From Selenomonadaceae bacterium (lineage in GTDB: Bacteria; Bacillota; Negativicutes; Selenomonadales; Selenomonadaceae): a DNA stretch of 49,646 bases. The position numbers and the translations under genes were made by a program. Positions 26,719 through 35,969 of this stretch are shown piece by piece. How positions within the stretch are numbered: position 1 is the first letter of the stretch; each line of letters begins with the position of its first letter. The notes beneath the pieces are model-generated. The model was given only the letters and a program-made list of their open reading frames with translations. It was not told the origin of the DNA and made no database searches. The stretch covers positions 1-49,646 of the forward strand of contig JAEEGN010000226.1 of the NCBI GenBank assembly GCA_016280345.1, given 5' to 3'.

Positions 26719-26752
26719 AAAGCGCCTCGCGGAAACGGGGCGCTCCTTTTTT
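26719..26752 (+). terminator. Intrinsic terminator after tpsB
   Basis: AGCGCC...GGCGCT stem followed by TTTTTT (26747-26752). Confidence 0.7.
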
Positions 26753-26788
26753 GATGTTTTTCCGGGATTCATTCGGAGGTGGCGGCGG

Positions 26789-27679
26789 TTGCGCTGGCGG
26801 GGCAATCTGTTTTTGCTTTTGGCGGCATTCCTCTGGGGGACGACGTTTGTGGCCCAATCTTTGGGCATGGAGCGGATAGGGCCTTTCACTTATATGGCGG
26901 CACGGTTCTTCCTCGGCGCGGCGGCGCTTTTCGCGCTCTGGCTCTATACGCGGGAGGAACGGATGAGGGCGCGGGCCGCAGGTCAATACGCCGGCGGCTG
27001 GCGTCCGGGATTCGCGGCGGGGGGCATCATGTTCGCGGCGGCGGCGCTGCAGCAGTATGGCCTGCAATACACTACGGTGGGCAAGGCTTCGTTTCTGACC
27101 TGTCTCTATCTGGTTTTCGTGCCGCTGGCCGGCGTGTTCCTGCGCCAGCGTTTGCAGACGACGCATATCGCCGGCTCGGTACTGGCACTGGCGGGGCTTT
27201 ACTTTCTCTGCGTGAAGGAGGGGCTGACGCTGGGCTCTGGCGATCAGATCGTGCTGGCCTGCGCTTTCTTCTGGACGGGACATATTCTGTTTATCGGTCG
27301 TTACGCGGCGCGGGCCGATGTGATTGAGATGTCGCTGGCGCAGGTGATCGCGACAATGCTGCTGAGTTTTTTGGCGGCACTGGCCTTTGAGACCTGGGTG
27401 TGGGCGGACGTACTGGGAGCCTGGGTGGCGATTGCTTACGGCGGAATCCTCTCTACCGGCGTCGCGTTTACGTTGCAGAGCGTGGGGCAGAAGTACGCAG
27501 CCCCGGCCCCGGCCGCTATCCTCATGAGCCTGGAGTCGGTCTTCGGGGCGTTGGCGGGATGGATTGTGCTGGGGCAGGCGCTCTCGCCGCGGGAGATTCT
27601 GGGCTGCGTACTGATGGGCGCCGGTATGTTGGCCTCGCAGGCTGATGTGCTGGCGGGAAACAAACAGAATTCAAAATGA
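26789..27679 (+). CDS. DMT-superfamily (EamA-like) transporter
   Basis: TTG start 7 nt after GGAGGTG. About 10 predicted hydrophobic helices. The EamA-type N-terminus LLLAAFLWGTTFVAQ and an internal repeat of the same architecture are present. Confidence 0.8.
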   Translation: MRWRGNLFLLLAAFLWGTTFVAQSLGMERIGPFTYMAARFFLGAAALFALWLYTREERMRARAAGQYAGGWRPGFAAGGIMFAAAALQQYGLQYTTVGKASFLTCLYLVFVPLAGVFLRQRLQTTHIAGSVLALAGLYFLCVKEGLTLGSGDQIVLACAFFWTGHILFIGRYAARADVIEMSLAQVIATMLLSFLAALAFETWVWADVLGAWVAIAYGGILSTGVAFTLQSVGQKYAAPAPAAILMSLESVFGALAGWIVLGQALSPREILGCVLMGAGMLASQADVLAGNKQNSK

Positions 27680-27690
27680 ATGGTGCTATA

Positions 27691-27731
27691 ATAAAGAGCC
27701 GGCTCTTGTAATGAATGAGCTGGCTCTTTAT
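27691..27731. terminator. Bidirectional hairpin between convergent DMT and HD genes
   Basis: ATAAAGAGCC ... GGCTCTTTAT (10-bp arms) with an internal AAGAGCC/GGCTCTT palindrome. Confidence 0.55.
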
Positions 27732-27801
27732 AATATCTGTGGAACGTTATCGTCATACCTGGCGAAGCCGTAAACGCTTTGGAAAACCGTTTCGGACAAG
27801 G

Positions 27802-28335
27802 TCAATTCATCTGATCGGCCTGACGGAGCAGGAGGAGCTCCGGCGGGTCATCGCCGGCGGCGGGGGCGTGGTGCCGGACAGTGAGTGCGGCTTCGTCGGG
27901 AAGCCCGATTCGGCGAAGCATATTTGCGCCTTTTTCAGGGTGATGGTAATAGACGTGAAGCAGGGCTGACAACCAACCGCCGGCGGCGTTTTCCCCCCGC
28001 TTTTTGCTCCACCGGGGAAAAGCGGCGGTGAGGAGGACGGCCAGAACCTTGCCGCAGGTTCCCATATCACCTTTTTGACGGCCAATGTCGTGAAGCAATG
28101 ACGCCCGGATGAGAAGTCGCCGGTCAACCATCGTCGCGCCGTCGGGAGATGCGAGGCGGAGCTGTTCCGCGGTGCGGGCGGTACGCAGGGCGTGGCACTG
28201 GTCAGCGACTGTCATGGCGTCGAAGAAAGCCCGGGCCGTTTCCTCGGGCAGCCACGTTTCGAGGAAAGCCCTGTCCTCCGCGGATACATGAGCGGTCAGC
28301 GCGTGGAAGAACTGGCTGGCACGATGGGATATCAT
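27802..28335 (-). CDS. HD-domain metal-dependent phosphohydrolase family protein
   Basis: H...HD...H...D pattern (DQCHAL, LLHDIGR, YYHHPEKGA, VRHH). The start ATG overlaps the hisZ stop (ATGA at 28332-28335). Confidence 0.7.
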   Translation of the reverse strand: MISHRASQFFHALTAHVSAEDRAFLETWLPEETARAFFDAMTVADQCHALRTARTAEQLRLASPDGATMVDRRLLIRASLLHDIGRQKGDMGTCGKVLAVLLTAAFPRWSKKRGENAAGGWLSALLHVYYHHPEKGANMLRRIGLPDEAALTVRHHAPAAGDDPPELLLLRQADQMN

Positions 28336-29516
28336 GCGAGGAATACCAAAGAGCGGCAGCCCTTGCTTTTCTGGCAGGTGGCGGCAGCGGATTCTTCCTG
28401 GGGAGAGGGGGCCAGCTCCGCGGTCTCGCCAAGGCGGCGGCGGCGGCAGGCCTCTTGGATGGCCTCTGAGAGCCGTCCTGGCGCGTAAGCGATATAGACG
28501 TCCTTCGCCGTGGTTGACCGGGGAGCACCTTCCCGGTTGAGGGCCAGCATAAGCCGCTCGATGCCCAGGCCAAAGCCGGTGGCGGGGCAGTCGTGGCCGA
28601 AGTCAGAAAGCATATTGTCATAACGCCCGCCGCCGCACAGCGGGAAGCCAAGCCCCGGCGTATAGCCCTCAAAGACCATGCCGGTATAGTAGCTGAAATC
28701 CCGGATTACGCCGAGGTCGAACCGGATAAATCCGGCGGCGTCATAGTCTTCCAGGAGCCCACAGATGGCGTCCAGGTTTTCCAGAGCACGGTGGCTGCAA
28801 TCGTTGGCGGCCATTTGACGCGCTTCGTCCAGTACATCACGTTTGCCATGGAGCAGCGGGAGCCGCGCGAGGCTTTCGCGTCCCTCGGATGGGAGTCCCG
28901 TGTCCTCGAGGGTGCGTTGGAGGCCGACGAGGTTGTGGCGCTCCAGGCATTGCTTGATTTTTTCCTGCGTGGCGGGTGGCAGGCAATACTGCTCCATGAG
29001 CCCGCGAATGAATTCCACCTGGCCCAGGCAAATCTGGAAGTTCTTCAGCCCCGCTTCGCGCAGGCTCTCGATGGCCAAGGCGATGACTTCGGCGTCCGAG
29101 GCGGCGGAATCGCTGCCCAGGAATTCTACACCGGCCTGATAGAATTCACATTGACGGCCGGCCTGGACCTGTTCGTAGCGATAGACGCTGCCGACATAGG
29201 AAAGCCGGAGCGGATAGGTCGCGTCCTTCATTCGGCTGGCAACGGCACGGGCAATGGAGGTCGTCATTTCATGGCGCAGGGCCAAAGTGCGGTTCTGACG
29301 GTCGAAGAGCTTGAACATATGCGGTTCGATGCGGCTGCCGTTGCCGATCGTCAGGGTATCGAGGTATTCGATGACCGGTGTGGCAATTTCATCATAGCCC
29401 CAGCGGCGGAACAAGTCCATCAGCCGCGTCTCCAGAGCGCGTTTCTCCGCCGCCTCGGGAGGCAGAAAATCCCGTGTCCCATAGGGAATCTCCAACATCG
29501 CTTCATCCTTCAGCAT
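28332..29516 (-). CDS. hisZ: ATP phosphoribosyltransferase regulatory subunit HisZ
   Basis: HisRS-paralogue motifs from MLKDEAMLEIPYGTRDFLPPEAAEKRALETRLMDLFRRWGYDEIATPVIEY. ATG 29516 is preceded by GGAGAAAAACC. A short-form hisG is present in the window. Confidence 0.9.
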   Translation of the reverse strand: MLKDEAMLEIPYGTRDFLPPEAAEKRALETRLMDLFRRWGYDEIATPVIEYLDTLTIGNGSRIEPHMFKLFDRQNRTLALRHEMTTSIARAVASRMKDATYPLRLSYVGSVYRYEQVQAGRQCEFYQAGVEFLGSDSAASDAEVIALAIESLREAGLKNFQICLGQVEFIRGLMEQYCLPPATQEKIKQCLERHNLVGLQRTLEDTGLPSEGRESLARLPLLHGKRDVLDEARQMAANDCSHRALENLDAICGLLEDYDAAGFIRFDLGVIRDFSYYTGMVFEGYTPGLGFPLCGGGRYDNMLSDFGHDCPATGFGLGIERLMLALNREGAPRSTTAKDVYIAYAPGRLSEAIQEACRRRRLGETAELAPSPQEESAAATCQKSKGCRSLVFLA

Positions 29517-29826
29517 GGTTTTTCTCCGTTTCGTTATTTTGTGAGAGTCGTTCCAATATGATGGCGTAGCCGTCGGCGCCATAGTTAAGGCAGCGCTTCA
29601 CCCGGCTGATTGTCGCCGTGCTGGCGCCGGTGCGTCCGACGATGACCTCGTAGGTATGGCCGGCCGCCAGCATCCGGGCGACTTCCAGCCGCTGCGCCAA
29701 TGCCTTGAGTTCGCCAATCGTGCAGAGATCCTCGAAAAACTGGTAGCATTCATCGGCGGAACGCAGGCGCAGCACGGCTTCGAAGAGCTGGTCCGTCAAT
29801 TGGTCTTTCAATTTGGGATTTACCAT
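29503..29826 (-). CDS. YerC/YecD-family TrpR-related DNA-binding protein (candidate histidine regulator)
   Basis: LFEAVLRLRSADECYQFFEDLCTIGELKALAQRLEVARMLAAGHTYEVIVGRTGASTATISRVKRCLNYG is the characteristic YerC/TrpR-like sequence. It overlaps the hisZ start. Confidence 0.85.
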   Translation of the reverse strand: MVNPKLKDQLTDQLFEAVLRLRSADECYQFFEDLCTIGELKALAQRLEVARMLAAGHTYEVIVGRTGASTATISRVKRCLNYGADGYAIILERLSQNNETEKNHAEG

Positions 29827-29860
29827 CGCGCATTCATCTCCCCGGGTTTCCAGTGCACCA

Positions 29861-30814
29861 TCAATAGCCGCGTTTCTTGTCGATGATGTTCTTCATTGTT
29901 TCCGTCCGGGGGTAGTGGCGCAGGTTCTCAATGAAAAGGGCGATTGCCCGTTCCATATAACGGGGGGAACTGGCGGCGTGGTGCGGCGTAATCATGAGGT
30001 TGGGAGCGGTCCAGAGGGGAGAGTCCCCGGGAAGCGGTTCCTTCTGGAAAACGTCCAGGGCGGCCCAGCCAATCGCTTTTTCCTCCAAAGCCCGCACGAG
30101 ATCCGCTTCGTTTATGATAGGGCCACGGGCGACGTTGATGAAACCGGCGGTTGGCTTCATTTTCCGGAAAAGTGGCAGGGAAAAGAGGTCGATCGTCTCC
30201 GGAATGAGCGGCAGCGTCACAATCACGAAATCAGCGGTGGATAAGGCTTCGCTCAGATCGCCGTTTTCATAAAGCGCATCAACGAAGGGTTCCTGTGTTT
30301 TCGTTTTCTTGACGCCGATGACGCGCATATCCATGGCTTTCAGATGACGGGCAATCTCACTGCCCACGCTTCCCAGGCCGATGATGGCGGCTGTCTTGCC
30401 GCAAAGCTCGTCGATGCCTTTAAGCGCCGCCCATTTCTGGCGCTGCTGGTTGTCGTGGGCGGTCAGCAGACAGCGGCTATGGCAGAGCATCATGCCCAGG
30501 ACGTGCTCGGCGATGGGGATGCCGTGAATGCCACGGGAATTCGTGAGCAAGACGTCCGACTGACGAATCGCGTCGAGCGTCAGCCACTGATCGACGCCGG
30601 CGGTCAGCGCGTGGACCCAGCGGACTTTCGGAGCCGCGGGAAGGATGGGAGCCAGATCGGTCTGGCCAAAAGCCAACAACACTTCAGTATCCGGAAGGAA
30701 AGGTTCGCAATCCTTTGCTTCGGCTACGGACAGTTCGATGTCGGGGCGGGCGGCTCGAATTTGCGCTTGCTGGTTTTCGCTCAGACCGTGGAGCGACAGG
30801 ATATGGATGGTCAT
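29861..30814 (-). CDS. D-isomer-specific 2-hydroxyacid dehydrogenase family protein (NAD-binding)
   Basis: GKTAAIIGLGSVGSEIARHL Rossmann motif and catalytic-domain motifs (VARGPIINEADLVRAL, ITPHHAASS). ATG 30814 is preceded by GAGGAGGG. Confidence 0.85.
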   Translation of the reverse strand: MTIHILSLHGLSENQQAQIRAARPDIELSVAEAKDCEPFLPDTEVLLAFGQTDLAPILPAAPKVRWVHALTAGVDQWLTLDAIRQSDVLLTNSRGIHGIPIAEHVLGMMLCHSRCLLTAHDNQQRQKWAALKGIDELCGKTAAIIGLGSVGSEIARHLKAMDMRVIGVKKTKTQEPFVDALYENGDLSEALSTADFVIVTLPLIPETIDLFSLPLFRKMKPTAGFINVARGPIINEADLVRALEEKAIGWAALDVFQKEPLPGDSPLWTAPNLMITPHHAASSPRYMERAIALFIENLRHYPRTETMKNIIDKKRGY

Positions 30815-30861
30815 GGGCAATCCCTCCTCATAGCGGTAACCAATGAAACGTTGTGGGAAAA

Positions 30862-30890
30862 TTGACAATTCCCGGGGAAAATGGTAGTAT
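30862..30890 (+). promoter_or_regulatory. Sigma-70-type promoter of the hisG operon
   Basis: TTGACA (30862-30867), a 17-nt spacer, then TAGTAT (30885-30890). Confidence 0.6.
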
Positions 30891-30907
30891 GCTATATCAT
30901 ATTACCA
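30882..30907. promoter_or_regulatory. 26-nt near-palindromic operator candidate overlapping the his -10
   Basis: TGGTA-g-TATG-c-TATA-t-CATA-t-TACCA. By hand count, 22 of 26 positions are self-complementary. Confidence 0.5.
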
Positions 30908-30938
30908 CTTTAATTCGATAAAGGCAACTGGAGGCAGC

Positions 30939-31607
30939 ATGAAAAACGATGGATTGGATTATTTGACGATTGCTCTGCCGAAGGGGAAGCTGTTCCCTTT
31001 GTCTACGGCTCTTTTGGCCCGGGTGGGGCTCAGCGCCGAGGGGCTGGAGGAAAAATCACGCAAACTGGTCATTGCCAACGATGCGGCGAAGGTGAAATTC
31101 ATCATTTCCAAGACGGCCGACGTGCCGACTTACGTGGAATACGGCGCCGCCGATATCGGAATCATCGGCAAGGACGTGCTGGCGGAGTCCGGACAGGACG
31201 TCTATGAGCTTCTGGACCTGGGCTTCGGCCGCTGCCATCTGATGATGGCGGTACCGCGGGACAAGCGGCGGGAAAAGCTCTCAGACTACGCTCATACCCG
31301 GGTGGCGACGAAGTTTCCCCATATCGCGGAGAAGTTCTTCAACAGTCAGGGGATCCAGATGGAATACATCAAGCTGAACGGCTCCATTGAGCTGGGGCCG
31401 ATCGTGGGATTGTCGGAGAGCATCGTCGATATCGTGGAAACGGGGACGACGCTGCGGGAAAATAATCTGGAGGAAATTGCGCACATCATGGACGCGACGG
31501 CCCGGCTCATCGCAAATCGTGTCAGTTTCCGCCTGAAGTTCGATCGCATCCACCGCCTGGTCACTGCTATTCAGGCGGCGCTCAGAGAAGGGAAGGAAGA
31601 ATCATGA
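30939..31607 (+). CDS. hisG: ATP phosphoribosyltransferase, short form
   Basis: 222 aa. LTIALPKGKL..., IISKTADVPTYVEYGAADIGIIGKDVL and RVATKFP motifs. RBS GGAGG. Confidence 0.95.
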   Translation: MKNDGLDYLTIALPKGKLFPLSTALLARVGLSAEGLEEKSRKLVIANDAAKVKFIISKTADVPTYVEYGAADIGIIGKDVLAESGQDVYELLDLGFGRCHLMMAVPRDKRREKLSDYAHTRVATKFPHIAEKFFNSQGIQMEYIKLNGSIELGPIVGLSESIVDIVETGTTLRENNLEEIAHIMDATARLIANRVSFRLKFDRIHRLVTAIQAALREGKEES

Positions 31608-32941
31608 GGATCGTTGACGTCAAGGACGTGGGAGAGAAAGAAGTCGAGCGGCTGCTTCACAAAGCGGCCTTTGATGAAGTAGAGTTGAGCCCAAAGATCC
31701 GGGAGGCGAACAAAGCGCTTTTCGGCGAGGATCTGTCGGCGGTTGAGCTGGTGGACCGGATTGTCAACGATGTGCGCGAGCATGGCGACGCCGCCGTGAT
31801 TTCCTATACGAAGATGTTCGACCGGACGACGCTGACGTCGGACAGCTTTCTGGTAAGTGAGGCTGAGTTTCAGGCAGCGGAGAAAGAAGCCGATCCCCAG
31901 GTCATGGAATCGTTGCGCCGCGCCATCGCCAATGTCCGTCGCTACCACGAGGAGCAGAAACCGGCCTCCTGGATGACGTACCGTGAGAAAGGGTCGATGC
32001 TGGGGCAATCGGTGTTGCCGCTGGACCGTGTAGGCATCTATGTTCCCGGAGGGACGGCGGCCTATCCTTCGTCGGTGGTGATGAACGCGGTGCCGGCGGC
32101 GGTAGCGGGGGTAGGGGAAATCATCATGATGTGCCCTCCCCGGGAAGGAAAGATCAATCCCTACGTTCTTCTGGCAGCACGGGAAATCGGGGTAGCGAAA
32201 ATTTTCAGGATTGGCGGGGCGCAGGCCATCGCGGCGCTGGCCTTCGGGACGGAATCGGTTCCCCGGGTAGACAAGATTACAGGACCGGGAAATCTTTTCG
32301 TTACGCTGGCGAAGAAAGCGGTCTATGGCCACTGTGATATCGATATGCTGGCCGGGCCGAGCGAGATCCTTATCGTGGCGGACGAGACGGCGAATCCCGT
32401 CTATACGGCGGCGGATATGCTGAGCCAGGCGGAGCACGACGTGCTGGCTTCGAGCATCGTCATTACAACCAGCGCGACGCTGGCGCAAACGGTAAAAGCG
32501 GAAGCGGAGAAGCAGCTGGCGAAGCTGCCACGAAAGGAAATAGCCGGAGCCTCTCTGGAGCGCAACGGGCTGATCGTCGTTGCCCAGGATATCGGTCAAG
32601 CCATTCGATTCGCCAACCTCTCGGCGCCGGAGCATCTGGAACTGTTGACAAAAGACCCCTTCCAGCTTCTGCCGTCCATACGCCACGCGGGCGCGGTTTT
32701 CCTGGGACATTATTCCCCGGAGCCGTTGGGTGATTATTTCGCCGGGCCGGATCACATCCTGCCGACCGGAGGTACGGCCCGATATTATTCCGTGCTGAAC
32801 GTGGAGACCTTCATGAAGCGTACGAGCTTCATTTCCTATACGCAGGACGCCCTGCAGGACGTTTCGGAGGATAGCATCCGGCTGGCGGAGACAGAGGGGC
32901 TGGAAGCCCATGCCAACGCAATCCGCTTACGAGGAGAGTGA
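31604..32941 (+). CDS. hisD: Histidinol dehydrogenase
   Basis: ATGA overlap with hisG. Motifs VGIYVPGGTAAYPSSVVM, AGPSEILIVADE, QAEHD, SAPEHLEL. Confidence 0.95.
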   Translation: MRIVDVKDVGEKEVERLLHKAAFDEVELSPKIREANKALFGEDLSAVELVDRIVNDVREHGDAAVISYTKMFDRTTLTSDSFLVSEAEFQAAEKEADPQVMESLRRAIANVRRYHEEQKPASWMTYREKGSMLGQSVLPLDRVGIYVPGGTAAYPSSVVMNAVPAAVAGVGEIIMMCPPREGKINPYVLLAAREIGVAKIFRIGGAQAIAALAFGTESVPRVDKITGPGNLFVTLAKKAVYGHCDIDMLAGPSEILIVADETANPVYTAADMLSQAEHDVLASSIVITTSATLAQTVKAEAEKQLAKLPRKEIAGASLERNGLIVVAQDIGQAIRFANLSAPEHLELLTKDPFQLLPSIRHAGAVFLGHYSPEPLGDYFAGPDHILPTGGTARYYSVLNVETFMKRTSFISYTQDALQDVSEDSIRLAETEGLEAHANAIRLRGE

Positions 32942-32945
32942 CGAT

Positions 32946-34007
32946 ATGCTGCAATTTCGTGCCGGACTGGCTGAAATGCCGGTCTATGACGTTACGGAAC
33001 GGGACTGGAAAATCAAGATCAACGCCAATGAAAGTAGTCTGAACCTGCCACCGCTGGTGGAGGAGCGTGTCCTGAGCCGGCTTTCGAGCATCGCCTTCAA
33101 TCGCTACCCCAATGATGAGGGGGACCAGCTCCGGGAGCAGATTGCCTCCAGCCTGCATCTGAAAAAGGAGAATGTCTGCCTGGGCAACGGCTCCAGCGAG
33201 ATCATCGAGAAGATTTGCTATGCCTTTGGAGGCTCCGGCCATACCATCGTCTATCCCGAGCCGTCCTTTTCCATGTACCGCATTTACGTGGAAATGGCCG
33301 GAGCGGAGGGCATCGCTGTTCCCACCAGGAAGGACTATCGAGGGGACGTTAAGAAATTCGTGTCGACGGTACAGGAACGCAAGGCGTCGCTGGCCATCAT
33401 CTGCAACCCCAACAATCCAACGGGCAATTTCCTGCCACTCCATGATGTCGCCTATCTGGCGCACCATCTCGATTGCGCGTTTCTGGTGGACGAGGCGTAT
33501 ATCGAGTTTGGCGGCTCCTCGGCGGTTTCCCTCATGAAACATTTCCCTAACGTCATCGTGGCGCGGACCTTCTCCAAGGCTTTCGGGCTGGCCAGTGCCC
33601 GGGTGGGTTATATGCTGGCGGCGCCGGAGGTAGTACAGATGGTCAGCCGCGTTTATATGCCCTATCATCTGAATGTGCTGTCGCTGGTGACGGCGGATAT
33701 CGTTTACCAGATGCGGGACGAATACGCGCCCCGCATCGCCATGACGATTTCCGAACGCCAACGCCTGGAGGAGCAACTGAAGGAATTGCCGGGACTCACG
33801 GTCTATCCTTCTCGTACCAATTTCCTTCTGGTGAAATGCGATTGCGCTGCGGCTCTGAACGAGGCGCTGGCCGCGCAAGGTATCGGCGTCCGCTGTTTCG
33901 GAGAGGCGCCGGGCCTTGCCAACTGCCTGCGAATTTCCATCGGGTCGCGGGAGGAAAACGATATCTGGTTCAAATCAGTCAAGGATTTTATGGAGGGGCG
34001 GTCATGA
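32946..34007 (+). CDS. hisC: Histidinol-phosphate aminotransferase
   Basis: ATG 32946 follows AGGAGAG. Class-II aminotransferase motifs are present (NANESSLNLPP, NPNNPTGN, RTFSKAFGLASARVGY). Confidence 0.93.
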   Translation: MLQFRAGLAEMPVYDVTERDWKIKINANESSLNLPPLVEERVLSRLSSIAFNRYPNDEGDQLREQIASSLHLKKENVCLGNGSSEIIEKICYAFGGSGHTIVYPEPSFSMYRIYVEMAGAEGIAVPTRKDYRGDVKKFVSTVQERKASLAIICNPNNPTGNFLPLHDVAYLAHHLDCAFLVDEAYIEFGGSSAVSLMKHFPNVIVARTFSKAFGLASARVGYMLAAPEVVQMVSRVYMPYHLNVLSLVTADIVYQMRDEYAPRIAMTISERQRLEEQLKELPGLTVYPSRTNFLLVKCDCAAALNEALAAQGIGVRCFGEAPGLANCLRISIGSREENDIWFKSVKDFMEGRS

Positions 34008-34591
34008 CGCGGAAAGCAAAAACAGAGCGCAAGACGGCGGAGACGGAGATTGCTGTCTCCATCGATCTGGACGGCAACGGTGACGGCGAAATCACCACGG
34101 GCATCGGTTTTCTTGACCATATGCTGACGCTTTTCGCGCGGCACGGGTTCTTTGATCTTTCCGTGCGCTGCCGGGGAGATCTTTCGGTGGACGGACATCA
34201 TTCCGCCGAAGATATCGGTATCGCCCTGGGGGACGCAATTCGTGAGGCTCTGGGGAATAAGCAGGGCATCGTTCGCTACGCTTCGCGCCATATCCCGATG
34301 GATGAATCACTTGCCTTTGCGGCGATAGACATCAGCGGACGGCCTTTCCTCGTCTATGACGGGGGAACGATGGCGCCGATGATTGGCGATTATGATACGG
34401 AGCTAACGGAGGAATTTCTGCGGGCGCTGGCCTTCCACGCCGGCATCACGCTGCACGTTCGTGTCCTTTACGGCACAAATTCACATCACAAGGTCGAGGC
34501 GATATTCAAGGCGCTGGGCCATGTTCTGCACGACGCGACGCGGATTGACCCGGCTATCCGGGGCGTCCTCTCGACAAAGGGCGTCCTCTAG
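34004..34591 (+). CDS. hisB: Imidazoleglycerol-phosphate dehydratase (monofunctional, 195 aa)
   Basis: ATGA overlap with hisC. RKTAETEIAVSIDLDG, GFLDHMLTLFARHG, HHSAEDIGIALG, NSHHKVEAIFKALG. There is no N-terminal HAD phosphatase domain. Confidence 0.95.
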   Translation: MTRKAKTERKTAETEIAVSIDLDGNGDGEITTGIGFLDHMLTLFARHGFFDLSVRCRGDLSVDGHHSAEDIGIALGDAIREALGNKQGIVRYASRHIPMDESLAFAAIDISGRPFLVYDGGTMAPMIGDYDTELTEEFLRALAFHAGITLHVRVLYGTNSHHKVEAIFKALGHVLHDATRIDPAIRGVLSTKGVL

Positions 34592-34604
34592 CGGAGGGGC
34601 GAAT

Positions 34605-35216
34605 ATGATTGCGGTCATTGATTACGGTGTGGGCAATCTCTTCAGTGTGGAAAAGGCATTCCAGGCACTGGGTGCCAAGCCCGTCGTCACCAGCGACGAC
34701 GCGGTTATCAGAGCGGCGGACAAGCTCGTTCTGCCGGGGGTTGGGGCCTTCGGGGACTGCGTGAGCAATTTTACCTCCAGCGGATTGGTTCCGGTCTTTT
34801 TGGAAAAAGTCCGGGACGGCATCCCGGTGCTCGGGATCTGCGTCGGCCTCCAGATCCTCTTTGACGGCAGTGAGGAATCGCCGGGCGTGAAGGGGCTTGG
34901 ATTACTTCCGGGGACGGTGCGGCGGATACCGGCATCCGGACTCAAGATTCCCCATATGGGCTGGAACTCGCTGTCAATTGACCGCGCCCGGGACCGGGCC
35001 GGGCTATTCGACGGTCTTCCGGAGGACCCCTATGTTTACTTCGTCCACAGCTATCACGCCGTCCCGCAGGACGAAAGTTGCGTAGTGGCGGTCACGGACT
35101 ACGGCGGCCGGTTGACGGCGGCAGTAGCAAAGGACAATCTTCTGGCAACGCAGTTTCACCCGGAAAAATCCGGAGACGTGGGACTTACGATACTGGAAAA
35201 TTTCATCCGTATGTGA
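34605..35216 (+). CDS. hisH: Imidazole glycerol phosphate synthase, glutaminase subunit
   Basis: MIAVIDYGVGNLFSVEKA, LPGVGAFG, GICVGLQ, FVHSY, QFHPEKS. Confidence 0.95.
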   Translation: MIAVIDYGVGNLFSVEKAFQALGAKPVVTSDDAVIRAADKLVLPGVGAFGDCVSNFTSSGLVPVFLEKVRDGIPVLGICVGLQILFDGSEESPGVKGLGLLPGTVRRIPASGLKIPHMGWNSLSIDRARDRAGLFDGLPEDPYVYFVHSYHAVPQDESCVVAVTDYGGRLTAAVAKDNLLATQFHPEKSGDVGLTILENFIRM

Positions 35217-35236
35217 TACGGGAAGGGAGCAACGGC

Positions 35237-35968
35237 ATGATCATATTTCCGGCGATTGACCTTCGGGGAGGAAACTGCGTCCGGCTGTTCAAGGGAGATT
35301 TCTCGCAGGAAACGGTCTTTTCCGACAAACCGGCGGAAATGGCGCGCCAGTGGGAAGCGATGGGGGCAAAGTATCTGCATCTCGTCGACCTGGACGGTGC
35401 CCTTTGCGGAAAAGCTGTTAACCGGGACGCGGTCAGGTCGATTCTGGCGGCGGTCCATATCCCGGCGGAGCTGGGCGGTGGCATCCGATCGATGGAACAG
35501 ATTGAAGCGGCGTTGGATATGGGCCTTGACCGGGTTATCCTGGGCTCGGCAGCAGTGCACGACCCGGACTTGGTCCAAGCCGCCTGCGCCCGTTTTGGAG
35601 CGCGTATTGTTGTAGGGATCGATGCCCGGGAAGGCATCGTCGCCATTCAGGGCTGGGAGCGCTCGGGTGGCGTAGCGGCGACGGAACTCGCGAAGCGGAT
35701 GGCCACGCTGGGCGTGAAAACGCTCATCTATACAGACATCGCCCGTGACGGAACGCTTTCAGGCGTCAACGTCGAGGCGACGGTCCGGCTGGCGAAAGAG
35801 AGCGGTCTTTCGGTCGTAGCCTCGGGCGGGGTAAGCTCACTTGATGATATCCGGCGCGTGAAGCAGCACGAAACGGACGGCTTAGCCGGTGTAATTGTCG
35901 GCAAGGCGCTATACGCCGGAACGGTCGATCTCAAAGCCGCTCTTGCAATTGCCGCCGCGGAGGACTAA
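35237..35968 (+). CDS. hisA: ProFAR isomerase
   Basis: [57 protein letters not shown]. Confidence 0.95.
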   Translation: MIIFPAIDLRGGNCVRLFKGDFSQETVFSDKPAEMARQWEAMGAKYLHLVDLDGALCGKAVNRDAVRSILAAVHIPAELGGGIRSMEQIEAALDMGLDRVILGSAAVHDPDLVQAACARFGARIVVGIDAREGIVAIQGWERSGGVAATELAKRMATLGVKTLIYTDIARDGTLSGVNVEATVRLAKESGLSVVASGGVSSLDDIRRVKQHETDGLAGVIVGKALYAGTVDLKAALAIAAAED

Positions 35969-35969
35969 A

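Noticed and set aside
30815-30938. T-box riboswitch or peptide-attenuator leader for the his operon.
   Set aside because: Only about 50 nt lie between the predicted -10 and the hisG RBS. That is far too short for a T-box, and there is no His-codon-rich leader ORF.
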